Source: Auanema rhodensis (lineage: Eukaryota > Animalia > Nematoda). Taken from it: a stretch of DNA of 64,000 nt. The notes beneath the pieces were generated by a model, which saw only the letters and a program-made list of their open reading frames with translations, had not been told where the DNA came from and searched no databases. A program made the position numbers and the translations under genes. Positions 1-15,100 of the stretch are shown here, piece after piece. The stretch spans positions 19,034,001-19,098,000 of the forward strand of contig OZ059895.1 in assembly GCA_964057225.1 (NCBI GenBank), written 5' to 3'. Each line of letters starts with the position of its first letter. Within the stretch, counting starts at the first letter, position 1.

Positions 1-128
1 TCTTCGGTGATTCCTGGACTCTTCGGTTCTTCCTCGGCTCTTTGGTTTCTCCTGGACTTTTCGGTTCCTCCTCGGCTCTACGGCTCTTCCTCGGCTCTAC
101 GGCTCTTCCTCTGCTTGTCGCTCTCTCC
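1..128. repeat. Pyrimidine-rich ~16-19-nt minisatellite (partial, continues left of window); same family as 20100-20835
   Basis: Units such as TTCCTGGACTCTTCGG and TTCCTCGGCTCT also occur in 20100-20835 in the same orientation. Confidence 0.85.
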
Positions 129-3100
129 TGTGCCTGGTGAATGTCCCTTTTTCTCAAAAATCATCAACTAAAATCAAATAAAAATAATCTGTGGTTGGGT
201 ATTCAGATGTGTAGAATCTGAAATTCCTAGTGAGATTTGCCTAGGACTTCTCCTTATTCCGGAAAACAGGTTTATATCGTGCCCATCCATAAGATTTGTT
301 CACAAAAAGTTCAGGCTCTATTCACGTTGTGCCTGGTGAATGTCCCTTTTTCTCAAAAATCATCAACTAAAATCAAATAAAAATAATCTGAGGTTGGGTA
401 TTCAGATGGGTAGAATCTGAAATTCCTAGTGAGATTCGGATAGGACTTCTCTTTTTTCCGGAAAAGAGGTTTATATCGTGCCCATCCATAAGATTTGTTC
501 ACAAAAAGTTCAGGCTCTATTCACGTTGTGTCTGGTGAATGTCCCTTTTTCTCAAAAATCATCAACTAAAATCAAATAAAAATAATCTGAGGTTGGGTAT
601 TCAGATGGGTAGAATCTGAAATTCCTAGTGAGATTCGGATAGGACTTCTCTTTTTTCCGGAAAAGAGGTTTATATCGTGCCCATCCATAAGATTTGTTCA
701 CAAAAAGTTCAGGCTCTATTCACGTTGTGCCTGGTGAATGTCCCTTTTTCTCAAAAATCATCAACTAAAATCAAATAAAAATAATCTGTGGTTGGGTATT
801 CAGATGGGTAGAATCTGAAATTCCTAGTGAGATTCGGATAGGACTTCTCTTTTTTCCGGAAAAGAGGTTTATATCGTGCCCATCCATAAGATTTGTTCAC
901 AAAAAGTTCAGGCTCTATTCACGTTGTGCCTGGTGAATGTCCCTTTTTCTCAAAAATCAATAACTAAAATCAAATAAAAATAATCTGTGGTTGGGTATTC
1001 AGATGTGTAGAATCTGAAATTCCTAGTGAGATTTGCCTAGGACTTCTCCTTATTCCGGAAAACAGGTTTATATCGTGCCCATCCATAAGATTTGTTCACA
1101 AAAAGTTCAGGCTCTATTCACGTTGTGCCTGGTGAATGTCCCTTTTTCTCAAAAATCATCAACTAAAATCAAATAAAAATAATCTGTGGTTTGGTATTCA
1201 GATGTGTAGAATCTGAAATTCCTAGTGAGATTTGCCTAGGACTTCTCCTTATTCCGGAAAACAGGTTTATATCGTGCCCATCCATAAGATTTGTTCACAA
1301 AAAGTTCAGGCTCTATTCACGTTGTGCCTGGTGAATGTCCCTTTTTCTTGAAAATCATCAACTAAAATCAAATAAAAATAATCTGAGGTTGGGTATTCAG
1401 ATGGGTAGAATCTGAAATTCCTAGTGAGATTCGGATAGGACTTCTCTTTTTTCCGGAAAAGAGGTTTATATCGTGCCCATCCATAAGATTTGTTCACAAA
1501 AAGTTCAGGCTCTATTCACGTTGTGCCTGGTGAATGTCCCTTTTTCTCAAAAATCATCAACTAAAATCAAATAAAAATAATCTGAGGTTGGGTATTCAGA
1601 TGGGTAGAATCTGAAATTCCTAGTGAGATTCGGATAGGACTTCTCTTTTTTCCGGAAAAGAGGTTTATATCGTGCCCATCCATAAGATTTGTTCACAAAA
1701 AGTTCAGGCTCTATTCACGTTGTGCCTGGTGAATGTCCCTTTTTCTCAAAAATCAATAACTAAAATCAAATAAAAATAATCTGTGGTTGGGTATTCAGAT
1801 GTGTAGAATCTGAAATTCCTAGTGAGATTCGGATAGGACTTCTCTTTTTTCCGGAAAAGAGGTTTATATCGTGCCCATCCATAAGATTTGTTCACAAAAA
1901 GTTCAGGCTCTATTCACGTTGTGCCTGGTGAATGTCCCTTTTTCTCAAAAATCAATAACTAAAATCAAATAAAAATAATCTGTGGTTTGGTATTCAGATG
2001 TGTAGAATCTGAAATTCCTAGTGAGATTTGCCTAGGACTTCTCCTTATTCCGGAAAACAGGTTTATATCGTGCCCATCCATAAGATTTGTTCACAAAAAG
2101 TTCAGGCTCTATTCACGTTGTGCCTGGTGAATGTCCCTTTTTCTCAAAAATCAATAACTAAAATCAAATAAAAATAATCTGTGGTTGGGTATTCAGATGT
2201 GTAGAATCTGAAATTCCTAGTGAGATTCGGATAGGACTTCTCTTTTTTCCGGAAAAGAGGTTTATATCGTGCCCATCCATAAGATTTGTTCACAAAAAGT
2301 TCAGGCTCTATTCACGTTGTGCCTGGTGAATGTCCCTTTTTCTCAAAAATCAATAACTAAAATCAAATAAAAATAATCTGTGGTTGGGTATTCAGATGTG
2401 TAGAATCTGAAATTCCTAGTGAGATTCGGATAGGACTTCTCTTTTTTCCGGAAAAGAGGTTTATATCGTGCCCATCCATAAGATTTGTTCACAAAAAGTT
2501 CAGGCTCTATTCACGTTGTGCCTGGTGAATGTCCCTTTTTCTCAAAAATCAATAACTAAAATCAAATAAAAATAATCTGTGGTTTGGTATTCAGATGTGT
2601 AGAATCTGAAATTCCTAGTGAGATTTGCCTAGGACTTCTCCTTATTCCGGAAAACAGGTTTATATCGTGCCCATCCATAAGATTTGTTCACAAAAAGTTC
2701 AGGCTCTATTCACGTTGTGCCTGGTGAATGTCCCTTTTTCTCAAAAATCATCAACTAAAATCAAATAAAAATAATCTGTGGTTGGGTATTCAGATGTGTA
2801 GAATCTGAAATTCCTTGTGAGATTTGGCTAGGACTTCTCCTTATTCCGGAAAACAGGTTTATATCGTGCTCATCCATAAGATTTGTTCACAAAAAGTTCA
2901 GGCTCTATTCACGTTGTGCCTGGTGAATGTCCCTTTTTCTCAAAAATCATCAACTAAAATCAAATAAAAATAATCTGAGGTTGGGTATTCAGATGGGTAG
3001 AATCTGAAATTCCCAGTGAGATTCGGATAGGACTTCTCTTTTTTCTGGAAAAGAGGTTTATATCGTGCCCATCCATAAGATTTGTTCACAAAAAGTTCAG

Positions 3101-6100
3101 GCTCTATTCACGTTGTGCCTGGTGAATGTCCCTTTTTCTCAAAAATCATCAACTAAAATCAAATAAAAAAAATCTGTGGTTGGGTATTCAGATGTGTAGA
3201 ATCTGAAATTCCTAGTGAGATTTGCCTAGGACTTCTCCTTATTCCGGAAAACAGGTTTATATCGTGCTCATCCATAAGATTTGTTCACAAAAAGTTCAGG
3301 CTCTATTCACGTTGTGCCTGGTGAATGTCCCATTTTCTCAAAAATCATCAACTAAAATCAAATAAAAATAATCTGTGGTTGGGTATTCAGATGTGTAGAA
3401 TCTGAAATTCCTAGTGAGATTTGCCTAGGACTTCTCCTTATTCCGGAAAACAGGTTTATATCGTGCCCATCCATAAGATTTGTTCACAAAAAGTTCAGGC
3501 TCTATTCAAGTTGTGCCCGGTGAATGTCCCTTTTTCTCAAAAATCATCAACTAAAATCAAATAAAAATAATCTGTGGTTGGGTATTCAGATGTGTAGAAT
3601 CTGAAATTCCTAGTGAGATTTGCCCAGGACTTCTCCTTATTCCGGAAAACAGGTTTATATCGTGCCCATCCATAAGATTTGTTCACAAAAAGTTCAGGCT
3701 CTATTCACGTTGTGCCTGGTGACTGTCCCTTTTTCTCAAAAATCATCAACTAAAATCAAATAAAAATAATCTGTGGTTGGGTATTCAGATGTGTAGAATC
3801 TGAAATTCCTAGTGAGATTTGCCCAGGACTTCTCCTTATTCCGGAAAACAGGTTTATATCGTGCCCATCCATAAGATTTGTTCACAAAAAGTTCAGGCTC
3901 TATTCACGTTGTGCCTGGTGACTGTCCCTTTTTCTCAAAAATCATCAACTAAAATCAAAAAAAAATAATCTGAGGTTGGGTATTCAGATGTGCAGAATCT
4001 GAAATTCCTAGTGAGATTTGCCCAGGACTTCTCCTTATTCCGGAAAACAGGTTTATATCGTGCCCATCCATAAGATTTGTTCACAAAAAGTTCAGGCTCT
4101 ATTCACGTTGTGCCTGGTGAATGTCCCTTTTTCTCAAAAATCATCAACTAAAATCAAATAAAAATAATCTGTGGTTGGGTATTCAGATGGGTAGAATCTG
4201 AAATTCCTAGTGAGATTTGCCTAGGACTTCTCCTTATTCCGGAAAACAGGTTTATATCGTGCCCATCCATAAGATTTGTTCACAAAAAGTTCAGGCTCTA
4301 TTCACGTTGTGCCTGGTGAATGTCCCTTTTTCTCAAAAATCATCAACTAAAATCAAATAAAAATAATCTGAGGTTGGGTATTCAGATGGGTAGAATCTGA
4401 AATTCCTAGTGAGATTCGGATAGGACTTCTCTTTTTTCCGGAAAAGAGGTTTATATCGTGCCCATCCATAAGATTTGTTCACAAAAAGTTCAGGCTCTAT
4501 TCACGTTGTGCCTGGTGAATGTCCCTTTTTCTCAAAAATCATCAACTAAAATCAAATAAAAATAATCTGAGGTTGGGTATTCAGATGTGTAGAATCTGAA
4601 ATTCCTAGTGAGATTTGCCTAGGACTTCTCCTTATTCCGGAAAACAGGTTTATATCGTGCCCATCCATAAGATTTGTTCACAAAAAGTTCAGGCTCTATT
4701 CACGTTGTGCCTGGTGAATGTCCCTTTTTCTCAAAAATCAATAACTAAAATCAAATAAAAATAATATGTGGTTGGGTATTCAGATGTGTAGAATCTGAAA
4801 TTCCTAGTGAGATTTGCCTAGGACTTCTCCTTATTCAGGAAAACAGGTTTATATCGAGCCCATCCAGAAGATTTGTTCACAAAAAGTTCAGGCTCTATTC
4901 ACGTTGTGCCTGGTGAATGTCCCTTTTTCTCAAAAATCATCAACTAAAATCAAATAAAAATAATCTGAGGTTGGGTATTCAGATGGGTAGAATCTGAAAT
5001 TCCTAGTGAGATTCGGATAGGACTTCTCTTTTTTCCGGAAAAGAGGTTTATATCGTGCCCATCCATAAGATTTGTTCACAAAAAGTTCAGGCTCTATTCA
5101 CGTTGTGCCTGGTGAATGTCCCTTTTTCTCAAAAATCATCAACTAAAATCAAATAAAAATAATCTGTGGTTGGGTATTCAGATGTGTAGAATCTGAAATT
5201 CCTTGTGAGATTTGGCTAGGACTTCTCCTTATTCCGGAAAACAGGTTTATATCGTGCTCATCCATAAGATTTGTTCACAAAAAGTTCAGGCTCTATTCAC
5301 GTTGTGCCTGGTGAATGTCCCTTTTTCTCAAAAATCATCAACTAAAATCAAATAAAAATAATCTGTGGTTGGGTATTCAGATGTGTAGAATCTGAAATTC
5401 CTAGTGAGATTTGCCTAGGACTTCTCCTTATTCCGGAAAACAGGTTTATATCGTGCCCATCCATAAGATTTGTTCACAAAAAGTTCAGGCTCTATTCACG
5501 TTGTGCCTGGTGAATGTCCCTTTTTCTCAAAAATCATCAACTAAAATCAAATAAAAATAATCTGTGGTTGGGTATTCAGATGTGTAGAATCTGAAATTCC
5601 TTGTGAGATTTGGCTAGGACTTCTCCTTATTCCGGAAAACAGGTTTATATCGTGCTCATCCATAAGATTTGTTCACAAAAAGTTCAGGCTCTATTCACGT
5701 TGTGCCTGGTGAATGTCCCTTTTTCTCAAAAATCATCAACTAAAATCAAATAAAAATAATCTGAGGTTGGGTATTCAGATGGGTAGAATCTGAAATTCCT
5801 AGTGAGATTCGGATAGGACTTCTCTTTTTTCCGGAAAAGAGGTTTATATCGTGCCCATCCATAAGATTTGTTCACAAAAAGTTCAGGCTCTATTCACGTT
5901 GTGCCTGGTGAATGTCCCTTTTTCTCAAAAATCATCAACTAAAATCAAATAAAAATAATCTGTGGTTGGGTATTCAGATGTGTAGAATCTGAAATTCCTA
6001 GTGAGATTTGCCTAGGACTTCTCCTTATTCCGGAAAACAGGTTTATATCGTGCCCATCCATAAGATTTGTTCACAAAAAGTTCAGGCTCTATTCACGTTG

Positions 6101-9100
6101 TGCCTGGTGAATGTCCCTTTTTCTCAAAAATCAATAACTAAAATCAAATAAAAATAATATGTGGTTGGGTATTCAGATGTGTAGAATCTGAAATTCCTAG
6201 TGAGATTTGCCTAGGACTTCTCCTTATTCCGGAAAACAGGTTTATATCGTGCCCATCCATATGATTTGTTCACAAAAAGTTCAGGCTCTATTCACGTTGT
6301 GCCTGGTGAATGTCCCTTTTTCTCAAAAATCATCAACTAAAATCAAATAAAAATAATCTGTGGTTGGGTATTCAGATGTGTAGAATCTGAAATTCCTTGT
6401 GAGATTTGGCTAGGACTTCTCCTTATTCCGGAAAACAGGTTTATATCGTGCCCATCCATAAGATTTGTTCACAAAAAGTTCAGGCTCTATTCACGTTGTG
6501 CCTGGTGAATGTCCCTTTTTCTCAAAAATCATCAACTAAAATCAAATAAAAATAATCTGTGGTTGGGTATTCAGATGTGTAGAATCTGAAATTCCTTGTG
6601 AGATTTGGCTAGGACTTCTCCTTATTCCGGAAAACAGGTTTATATCGTGCCCATCCATAAGATTTGTTCACAAAAAGTTCAGGCTCTATTCACGTTGTGC
6701 CTGGTGAATGTCCCTTTTTCTCAAAAATCATCAACTAAAATCAAATAAAAATAATCTGTGGTTGGGTATTCAGATGTGTAGAATCTGAAATTCCTAGTGA
6801 GATTTGGCTAGGATTTCTCGTTATTCCGGAAAACAGGTTTATATCGTGCCCATCCATAAGATTTGTTCACAAAAAGTTCAGGCTCTATTCACGTTGTGCC
6901 TGGTGAATGTCCCTTTTTCTCAAAAATCATCAACTAAAATCAAATAAAAATAATCTGAGGTTGGGTATTCAGATGTGTAGAATCTGAAATTCCTAGTGAG
7001 ATTTGCCTAGGACTTCTCCTTATTCCGGAAAACAGGTTTATATCGTGCCCATCCATAAGATTTGTTCACAAAAAGTTCAGGCTCTATTCACGTTGTGCCT
7101 GGTGAATGTCCCTTTTTCTCAAAAATCATCAACTAAAATCAAATAAAAATAATATGTGGTTGGGTATTCAGATGTGTAGAATCTGAAATTCCTTGTGAGA
7201 TTTGGCTAGGACTTCTCCTTATTCCGGAAAACAGGTTTATATCGTGCTCATCCATAAGATTTGTTCACAAAAAGTTCAGGCTCTATTCAAGTTGTGCCCG
7301 GTGATTGTCCCTTTTTCTCAAAAATCATCAACTAAAATCAAATTAAAATAATCTGTGGTTGGGTGTTCAGATGTGTAGAATCTGAAATTCCTAGTGAGAT
7401 TTGGCTAGGATTTCTCCTTATTCCGGAAAACAGGTTTATATCGTGCTCATCCATAAGATTTGTTCACAAAAAGTTCAGGCTCTATTCACGTTGTGCCCGG
7501 TGATTGTCCCTTTTTCTCAAAAATCATCAACTAAAATCAAATTAAAATAATCTGTGGTTGGGTGTTCAGATGTGTAGAATCTGAAATTCCTAGTGAGATT
7601 TGGCTAGGATTTCTCCTTATTCCGGAAAACAGGTTTATATCGTGCTCATCCATAAGATTTGTTCACAAAAAGTTCAGGCTCTATTCAAGTTGTGCCCGGT
7701 GATTGTCCCTTTTTCTCAAAAATCATCAACTAAAATCAAATTAAAATAATCTGTGGTTGGGTGTTCAGATGTGTAGAATCTGAAATTCCTAGTGAGATTT
7801 GGCTAGGATTTCTCCTTATTCCGGAAAACAGGTTTATATCGTGCTCATCCATAAGATTTGTTCACAAAAAGTTCAGGCTCTATTCACGTTGTGCCCGGTG
7901 ATTGTCCCTTTTTCTCAAAAATCATCAACTAAAATCAAATTAAAATAATCTGTGGTTGGGTGTTCAGATGTGTAGAATCTGAAATTCCTAGTGAGATTTG
8001 GCTAGGATTTCTCCTTATTCCGGAAAACAGGTTTATATCGTGCTCATCCATAAGATTTGTTCACAAAAAGTTCAGGCTCTATTCACGTTGTGCCCGGTGA
8101 TTGTCCCTTTTTCTCAAAAATCATCAACTAAAATCAAATTAAAATAATCTGTGGTTGGGTGTTCAGATGTGTAGAATCTGAAATTCCAAGTGAGATTTGG
8201 CTAGGATTTCTCCTTATTCCGGAAAACAGGTTTATATCGTGCTCATCCATAAGATTTGTTCACAAAAAGTTCAGGCTCTATTCACGTTGTGCCCGGTGAA
8301 TGTCCCTTTTTCTCAAAAATCATCAACTAAAATCAAATTAAAATAATCTGTGGTTGGGTGTTCAGATGTGCAGAATCTGAAATTCCTAGTGAGATTTGGC
8401 TAGGACTGCTCTTTATTCCGGAAAATAGGTTTATATCGTGCCCATCCATAAGATTTGTTCACAAAAAGTTCAGGCTCTATTCACGTTGTGCCTGGTGAAT
8501 GTCCCTTTTTCTCAAAAATCATCAACTAAAATCAAATTAAAATAATCTGAGGTTGGGTATTCAGATGTGTAGAATCTGAAATTCCTAGTGAGATTCGGCT
8601 AGGACTTCTCTTTATTCCGGAAAAGAGGTTTATATCGTGCCCATCCATAAGATTTGTTCACAAAAAGTTCAGGCTCTATTCAAGTTGTGCCCGGTGAATG
8701 TCCCTTTTTCTCGAAAATCATCAACTAAAATCAAATAAAAATAATCTGTGGTTGGGTATTCAGATGTGTAGAATCTGAAATTCCTAGTGAGATTTGGCTA
8801 GGACTTCTCCTTATTCCGGAAAACAGGTTTATATCGTGCCCATCCATAAGATTTGTTCACAAAAAGTTCAGGCTCTATTCACGTTGTGCCTGGTGAATGT
8901 CCCTTTTTCTCAAAAATCATCAACTAAAATCAAATAAAAATAATCTGTGGTTGGGTATTCAGATGTGTAGAATCTGAAATTCCTAGTGAGATTCGGCTAG
9001 GACTTCTCTTTATTCCGGAAAAGAGGTTTATATCGTGCCCATCCATAAGATTTGTTCACAAAAAGTTCAGGCTCTATTCAAGTTGTGCCCGGTGAATGTC

Positions 9101-12100
9101 CCTTTTTCTCGAAAATCATCAACTAAAATCAAATAAAAATAATCTGTGGTTGGGTATTCAGATGTGTAGAATCTGAAATTCCTAGTGAGATTTGGCTAGG
9201 ACTTCTCCTTATTCCGGAAAACAGGTTTATATCGTGCCCATCCATAAGATTTGTTCACAAAAAGTTCAGGCTCTATTCACGTTGTGCCTGGTGAATGTCC
9301 CTTTTTCTCAAAAATCATCAACTAAAATCAAATAAAAATAATCTGTGGTTGGGTATTCAGATGTGTAGAATCTGAAATTCCTAGTGAGATTCGGCTAGGA
9401 CTTCTCTTTATTCCGGAAAAGAGGTTTATATCGTGCCCATCCATAAGATTTGTTCACAAAAAGTTCAGGCTCTATTCAAGTTGTGCCCGGTGAATGTCCC
9501 TTTTTCTCAAAAATCATCAACTAAAATCAAATTAAAATAATCTGAGGTTGGGTTTTCAGATGTGTAGAATCTGAAATTCCTAGTGAGATTTGGCTAGGAT
9601 TTCTCGTTATTCCGGAAAACAGGTTTATATCGTGCTCATCCATAAGATTTGTTCACAAAAAGTTCAGGCTCTATTCACGTTGTGCCTGGTGAATGTCCCT
9701 TTTTCTCAAAAATCATCAACTAAAATCAAATAAAAATAATCTGTGGTTGGGTATTCAGATGTGTAGAATCTGAAATTCCTAGTGAGATTCGGATGGGACT
9801 TCTCTTTTTTCCGGAAAAGAGGTTTATATCGTGCCCATCCATAAGATTTGTTCACAAAAAGTTCAGGCTCTATTCAAGTTGTGCCCGGTGAATGTCCCTT
9901 TTTCTCAAAAATCATCAACTAAAATCAAATAAAAATAATCTGTGGTTTGGTATTCAGATGTGTAGAATCTGAAATTCCTAGTGAGATTCGGCTAGGACTT
10001 CTCTTTATTCCGGAAAAGAGGTTTATATCGTGCCCATCCATAAGATTTGTTCACAAAAAGTTCAGGCTCTATTCAAGTTGTGCCCGGTGAATGTCCCTTT
10101 TTCTCAAAAATCATCAACTAAAATCAAATAAAAATAATCTGTGGTTTGGTATTCAGATGTGTAGAATCTGAAATTCCTAGTGAGATTCGGCTAGGACTTC
10201 TCTTTATTCCGGAAAAGAGGTTTATATCGTGCCCATCCATAAGATTTGTTCACAAAAAGTTCAGGCTCTATTCAAGTTGTGCCCGGTGAATGTCCCTTTT
10301 TCTCAAAAATCATCAACTAAAATCAAATAAAAATAATCTGTGGTTTGGTATTCAGATGTGTAGAATCTGAAATTCCTAGTGAGATTCGGCTAGGACTTCT
10401 CTTTATTCCGGAAAAGAGGTTTATATCGTGCCCATCCATAAGATTTGTTCACAAAAAGTTCAGGCTCTATTCAAGTTGTGCCCGGTGAATGTCCCTTTTT
10501 CTCAAAAATCATCAACTAAAATCAAATTAAAATAATCTGTGGTTGGGTATTCAGATGTGTAGAATCTGAAATTCCTAGTGAGATTCGGCTAGGACTTCTC
10601 TTTATTCCGGAAAAGAGGTTTATATCGTGCCCATCCATAAGATTTGTTCACAAAAAGTTCAGGCTCTATTCAAGTTGTGCCCGGTGAATGTCCCTTTTTC
10701 TCAAAAATCATCAACTAAAATCAAATAAAAATAATCTGTGGTTTGGTATTCAGATGTGTAGAATCTGAAATTCCTAGTGAGATTCGGATGGGACTTCTCT
10801 TTTTTCCGGAAAAGAGGTTTATATCGTGCCCATCCATAAGATTTGTTCACAAAAAGTTCAGGCTCTATTCAAGTTGTGCCCGGTGAATGTCCCTTTTTCT
10901 CAAAAATCATCAACTAAAATCAAATAAAAATAATCTGTGGTTTGGTATTCAGATGTGTAGAATCTGAAATTCCTAGTGAGATTCGGCTAGGACTTCTCTT
11001 TATTCCGGAAAAGAGGTTTATATCGTGCCCATCCATAAGATTTGTTCACAAAAAGTTCAGGCTCTATTCAAGTTGTGCCCGGTGAATGTCCCTTTTTCTC
11101 AAAAATCATCAACTAAAATCAAATAAAAATAATCTGTGGTTTGGTATTCAGATGTGTAGAATCTGAAATTCCTAGTGAGATTCGGCTAGGACTTCTCTTT
11201 ATTCCGGAAAAGAGGTTTATATCGTGCCCATCCATAAGATTTGTTCACAAAAAGTTCAGGCTCTATTCAAGTTGTGCCCGGTGAATGTCCCTTTTTCTCA
11301 AAAATCATCAACTAAAATCAAATAAAAATAATCTGTGGTTTGGTATTCAGATGTGTAGAATCTGAAATTCCTAGTGAGATTCGGCTAGGACTTCTCTTTA
11401 TTCCGGAAAAGAGGTTTATATCGTGCCCATCCATAAGATTTGTTCACAAAAAGTTCAGGCTCTATTCAAGTTGTGCCCGGTGAATGTCCCTTTTTCTCAA
11501 AAATCATCAACTAAAATCAAATTAAAATAATCTGTGGTTGGGTATTCAGATGTGTAGAATCTGAAATTCCTAGTGAGATTCGGCTAGGACTTCTCTTTAT
11601 TCCGGAAAAGAGGTTTATATCGTGCCCATCCATAAGATTTGTTCACAAAAAGTTCAGGCTCTATTCAAGTTGTGCCCGGTGAATGTCCCTTTTTCTCAAA
11701 AATCATCAACTAAAATCAAATTAAAATAATCTGTGGTTGGGTATTCAGATGTGTAGAATCTGAAATTCCTAGTGAGATTTGGCTAGGATTTCTCCTTATT
11801 CCGGAAAACAGGTTTATATCGTGCCCATCCATAAAATTTGTTCACAAAAAGTTCAGGCTCTATTCACGTTGTGCCTGGTGAATGTCCCTTTTTCTCAAAA
11901 ATCATCAACTAAAATCAAATAAAAATAATCTGTGGTTGGGTATTCAGATGTGTAGAATCTGAAATTCCTAGTGAGATTTGGATGGGACTTCTCTTTTTTC
12001 CGGAAAAGAGGTTTATATCGTGCCCATCCATAAGATTTGTTCACAAAAAGTTCAGGCTCTATTCAAGTTGTGCCCGGTGAATGTCCCTTTTTCTCAAAAA

Positions 12101-15100
12101 TCATCAACTAAAATCAAATTAAAATAATCTGTGGTTGGGTATTCAGATGTGTAGAATCTGAAATTCCTAGTGAGATTTGGCTAGGATTTCTCGTTATTCC
12201 GGAAAACAGGTTTATATCGTGCTCATCCATAAGATTTGTTCACAAAAAGTTCAGGCTCTATTCACGTTGTGCCTGGTGAATGTCCCTTTTTCTCAAAAAT
12301 CATCAACTAAAATCAAATAAAAATAATCTGTGGTTGGGTATTCAGATGTGTAGAATCTGAAATTCCTAGTGAGATTCGGATGGGACTTCTCTTTTTTCCG
12401 GAAAAGAGGTTTATATCGTGCCCATCCATAAGATTTGTTCACAAAAAGTTCAGGCTCTATTCAAGTTGTGCCCGGTGAATGTCCCTTTTTCTCAAAAATC
12501 ATCAACTAAAATCAAATAAAAATAATCTGTGGTTTGGTATTCAGATGTGTAGAATCTGAAATTCCTAGTGAGATTCGGCTAGGACTTCTCTTTATTCCGG
12601 AAAAGAGGTTTATATCGTGCCCATCCATAAGATTTGTTCACAAAAAGTTCAGGCTCTATTCAAGTTGTGCCCGGTGAATGTCCCTTTTTCTCAAAAATCT
12701 TCAACTAAAATCAAATTAAAATAATCTGTGGTTGGGTATTCAGATGTGTAGAATCTGAAATTCCTAGTGAGATTCGGCTAGGACTTCTCTTTATTCCGGA
12801 AAAGAGGTTTATATCGTGCCCATCCATAAGATTTGTTCACAAAAAGTTCAGGCTCTATTCAAGTTGTGCCCGGTGAATGTCCCTTTTTCTCAAAAATCAT
12901 CAACTAAAATCAAATTAAAATAATCTGTGGTTGGGTATTCAGATGTGTAGAATCTGAAATTCCTAGTGAGATTTGGCTAGGATTTCTCCTTATTCCGGAA
13001 AACAGGTTTATATCGTGCCCATCCATAAAATTTGTTCACAAAAAGTTCAGGCTCTATTCACGTTGTGCCTGGTGAATGTCCCTTTTTCTCAAAAATCATC
13101 AACTAAAATCAAATAAAAATAATCTGTGGTTGGGTATTCAGATGTGTAGAATCTGAAATTCCTAGTGAGATTTGGATGGGACTTCTCTTTTTTCCGGAAA
13201 AGAGGTTTATATCGTGCCCATCCATAAGATTTGTTCACAAAAAGTTCAGGCTCTATTCAAGTTGTGCCCGGTGAATGTCCCTTTTTCTCAAAAATCATCA
13301 ACTAAAATCAAATTAAAATAATCTGTGGTTGGGTATTCAGATGTGTAGAATCTGAAATTCCTAGTGAGATTTGGCTAGGATTTCTCCTTATTCCGGAAAA
13401 CAGGTTTATATCGTGCCCATCCATAAGATTTGTTCACAAAAAGTTCAGGCTCTATTCACGTTGTGCCTGGTGAATGTCCCTTTTTCTCAAAAATCATCAA
13501 CTAAAATCAAATAAAAATAATCTGTGGTTGGGTATTCAGATGTGTAGAATCTGAAATTCCTAGTGAGATTCGGATGGGACTTCTCTTTTTTCCGGAAAAG
13601 AGGTTTATATCGTGCCCATCCATAAGATTTGTTCACAAAAAGTTCAGGCTCTATTCAAGTTGTGCCCGGTGAATGTCCCTTTTTCTCAAAAATCATCAAC
13701 TAAAATCAAATTAAAATAATCTGAGGTTGGGTTTTCAGATGTGTAGAATCTGAAATTCCTAGTGAGATTTGGCTAGGATTTCTCCTTATTCCGGAAAACA
13801 GGTTTATATCGTGCCCATCCATAAGATTTGTTCACAAAAAGTTCAGGCTCTATTCAAGTTGTGCCCGGTGAATGTCCCTTTTTCTCAAAAATCATCAACT
13901 AAAATCAAATAAAAATAATCTGTGGTTTGGTATTCAGATGTGTAGAATCTGAAATTCCTAGTGAGATTCGGCTAGGACTTCTCTTTATTCCGGAAAAGAG
14001 GTTTATATCGTGCCCATCCATAAGATTTGTTCACAAAAAGTTCAGGCTCTATTCAAGTTGTGCCCGGTGAATGTCCCTTTTTCTCAAAAATCATCAACTA
14101 AAATCAAATTAAAATAATCTGTGGTTGGGTATTCAGATGTGTAGAATCTGAAATTCCTAGTGAGATTCGGCTAGGACTTCTCTTTATTCCGGAAAAGAGG
14201 TTTATATCGTGCCCATCCATAAGATTTGTTCACAAAAAGTTCAGGCTCTATTCAAGTTGTGCCCGGTGAATGTCCCTTTTTCTCAAAAATCATCAACTAA
14301 AATCAAATTAAAATAATCTGTGGTTGGGTATTCAGATGTGTAGAATCTGAAATTCCTAGTGAGATTTGGCTAGGATTTCTCCTTATTCCGGAAAACAGGT
14401 TTATATCGTGCCCATCCATAAAATTTGTTCACAAAAAGTTCAGGCTCTATTCACGTTGTGCCTGGTGAATGTCCCTTTTTCTCAAAAATCATCAACTAAA
14501 ATCAAATAAAAATAATCTGTGGTTGGGTATTCAGATGTGTAGAATCTGAAATTCCTAGTGAGATTTGGATGGGACTTCTCTTTTTTCCGGAAAAGAGGTT
14601 TATATCGTGCCCATCCATAAGATTTGTTCACAAAAAGTTCAGGCTCTATTCAAGTTGTGCCCGGTGAATGTCCCTTTTTCTCAAAAATCATCAACTAAAA
14701 TCAAATTAAAATAATCTGTGGTTGGGTATTCAGATGTGTAGAATCTGAAATTCCTAGTGAGATTTGGCTAGGATTTCTCGTTATTCCGGAAAACAGGTTT
14801 ATATCGTGCTCATCCATAAGATTTGTTCACAAAAAGTTCAGGCTCTATTCACGTTGTGCCTGGTGAATGTCCCTTTTTCTCAAAAATCATCAACTAAAAT
14901 CAAATAAAAATAATCTGTGGTTGGGTATTCAGATGTGTAGAATCTGAAATTCCTAGTGAGATTCGGATGGGACTTCTCTTTTTTCCGGAAAAGAGGTTTA
15001 TATCGTGCCCATCCATAAGATTTGTTCACAAAAAGTTCAGGCTCTATTCAAGTTGTGCCCGGTGAATGTCCCTTTTTCTCAAAAATCATCAACTAAAATC

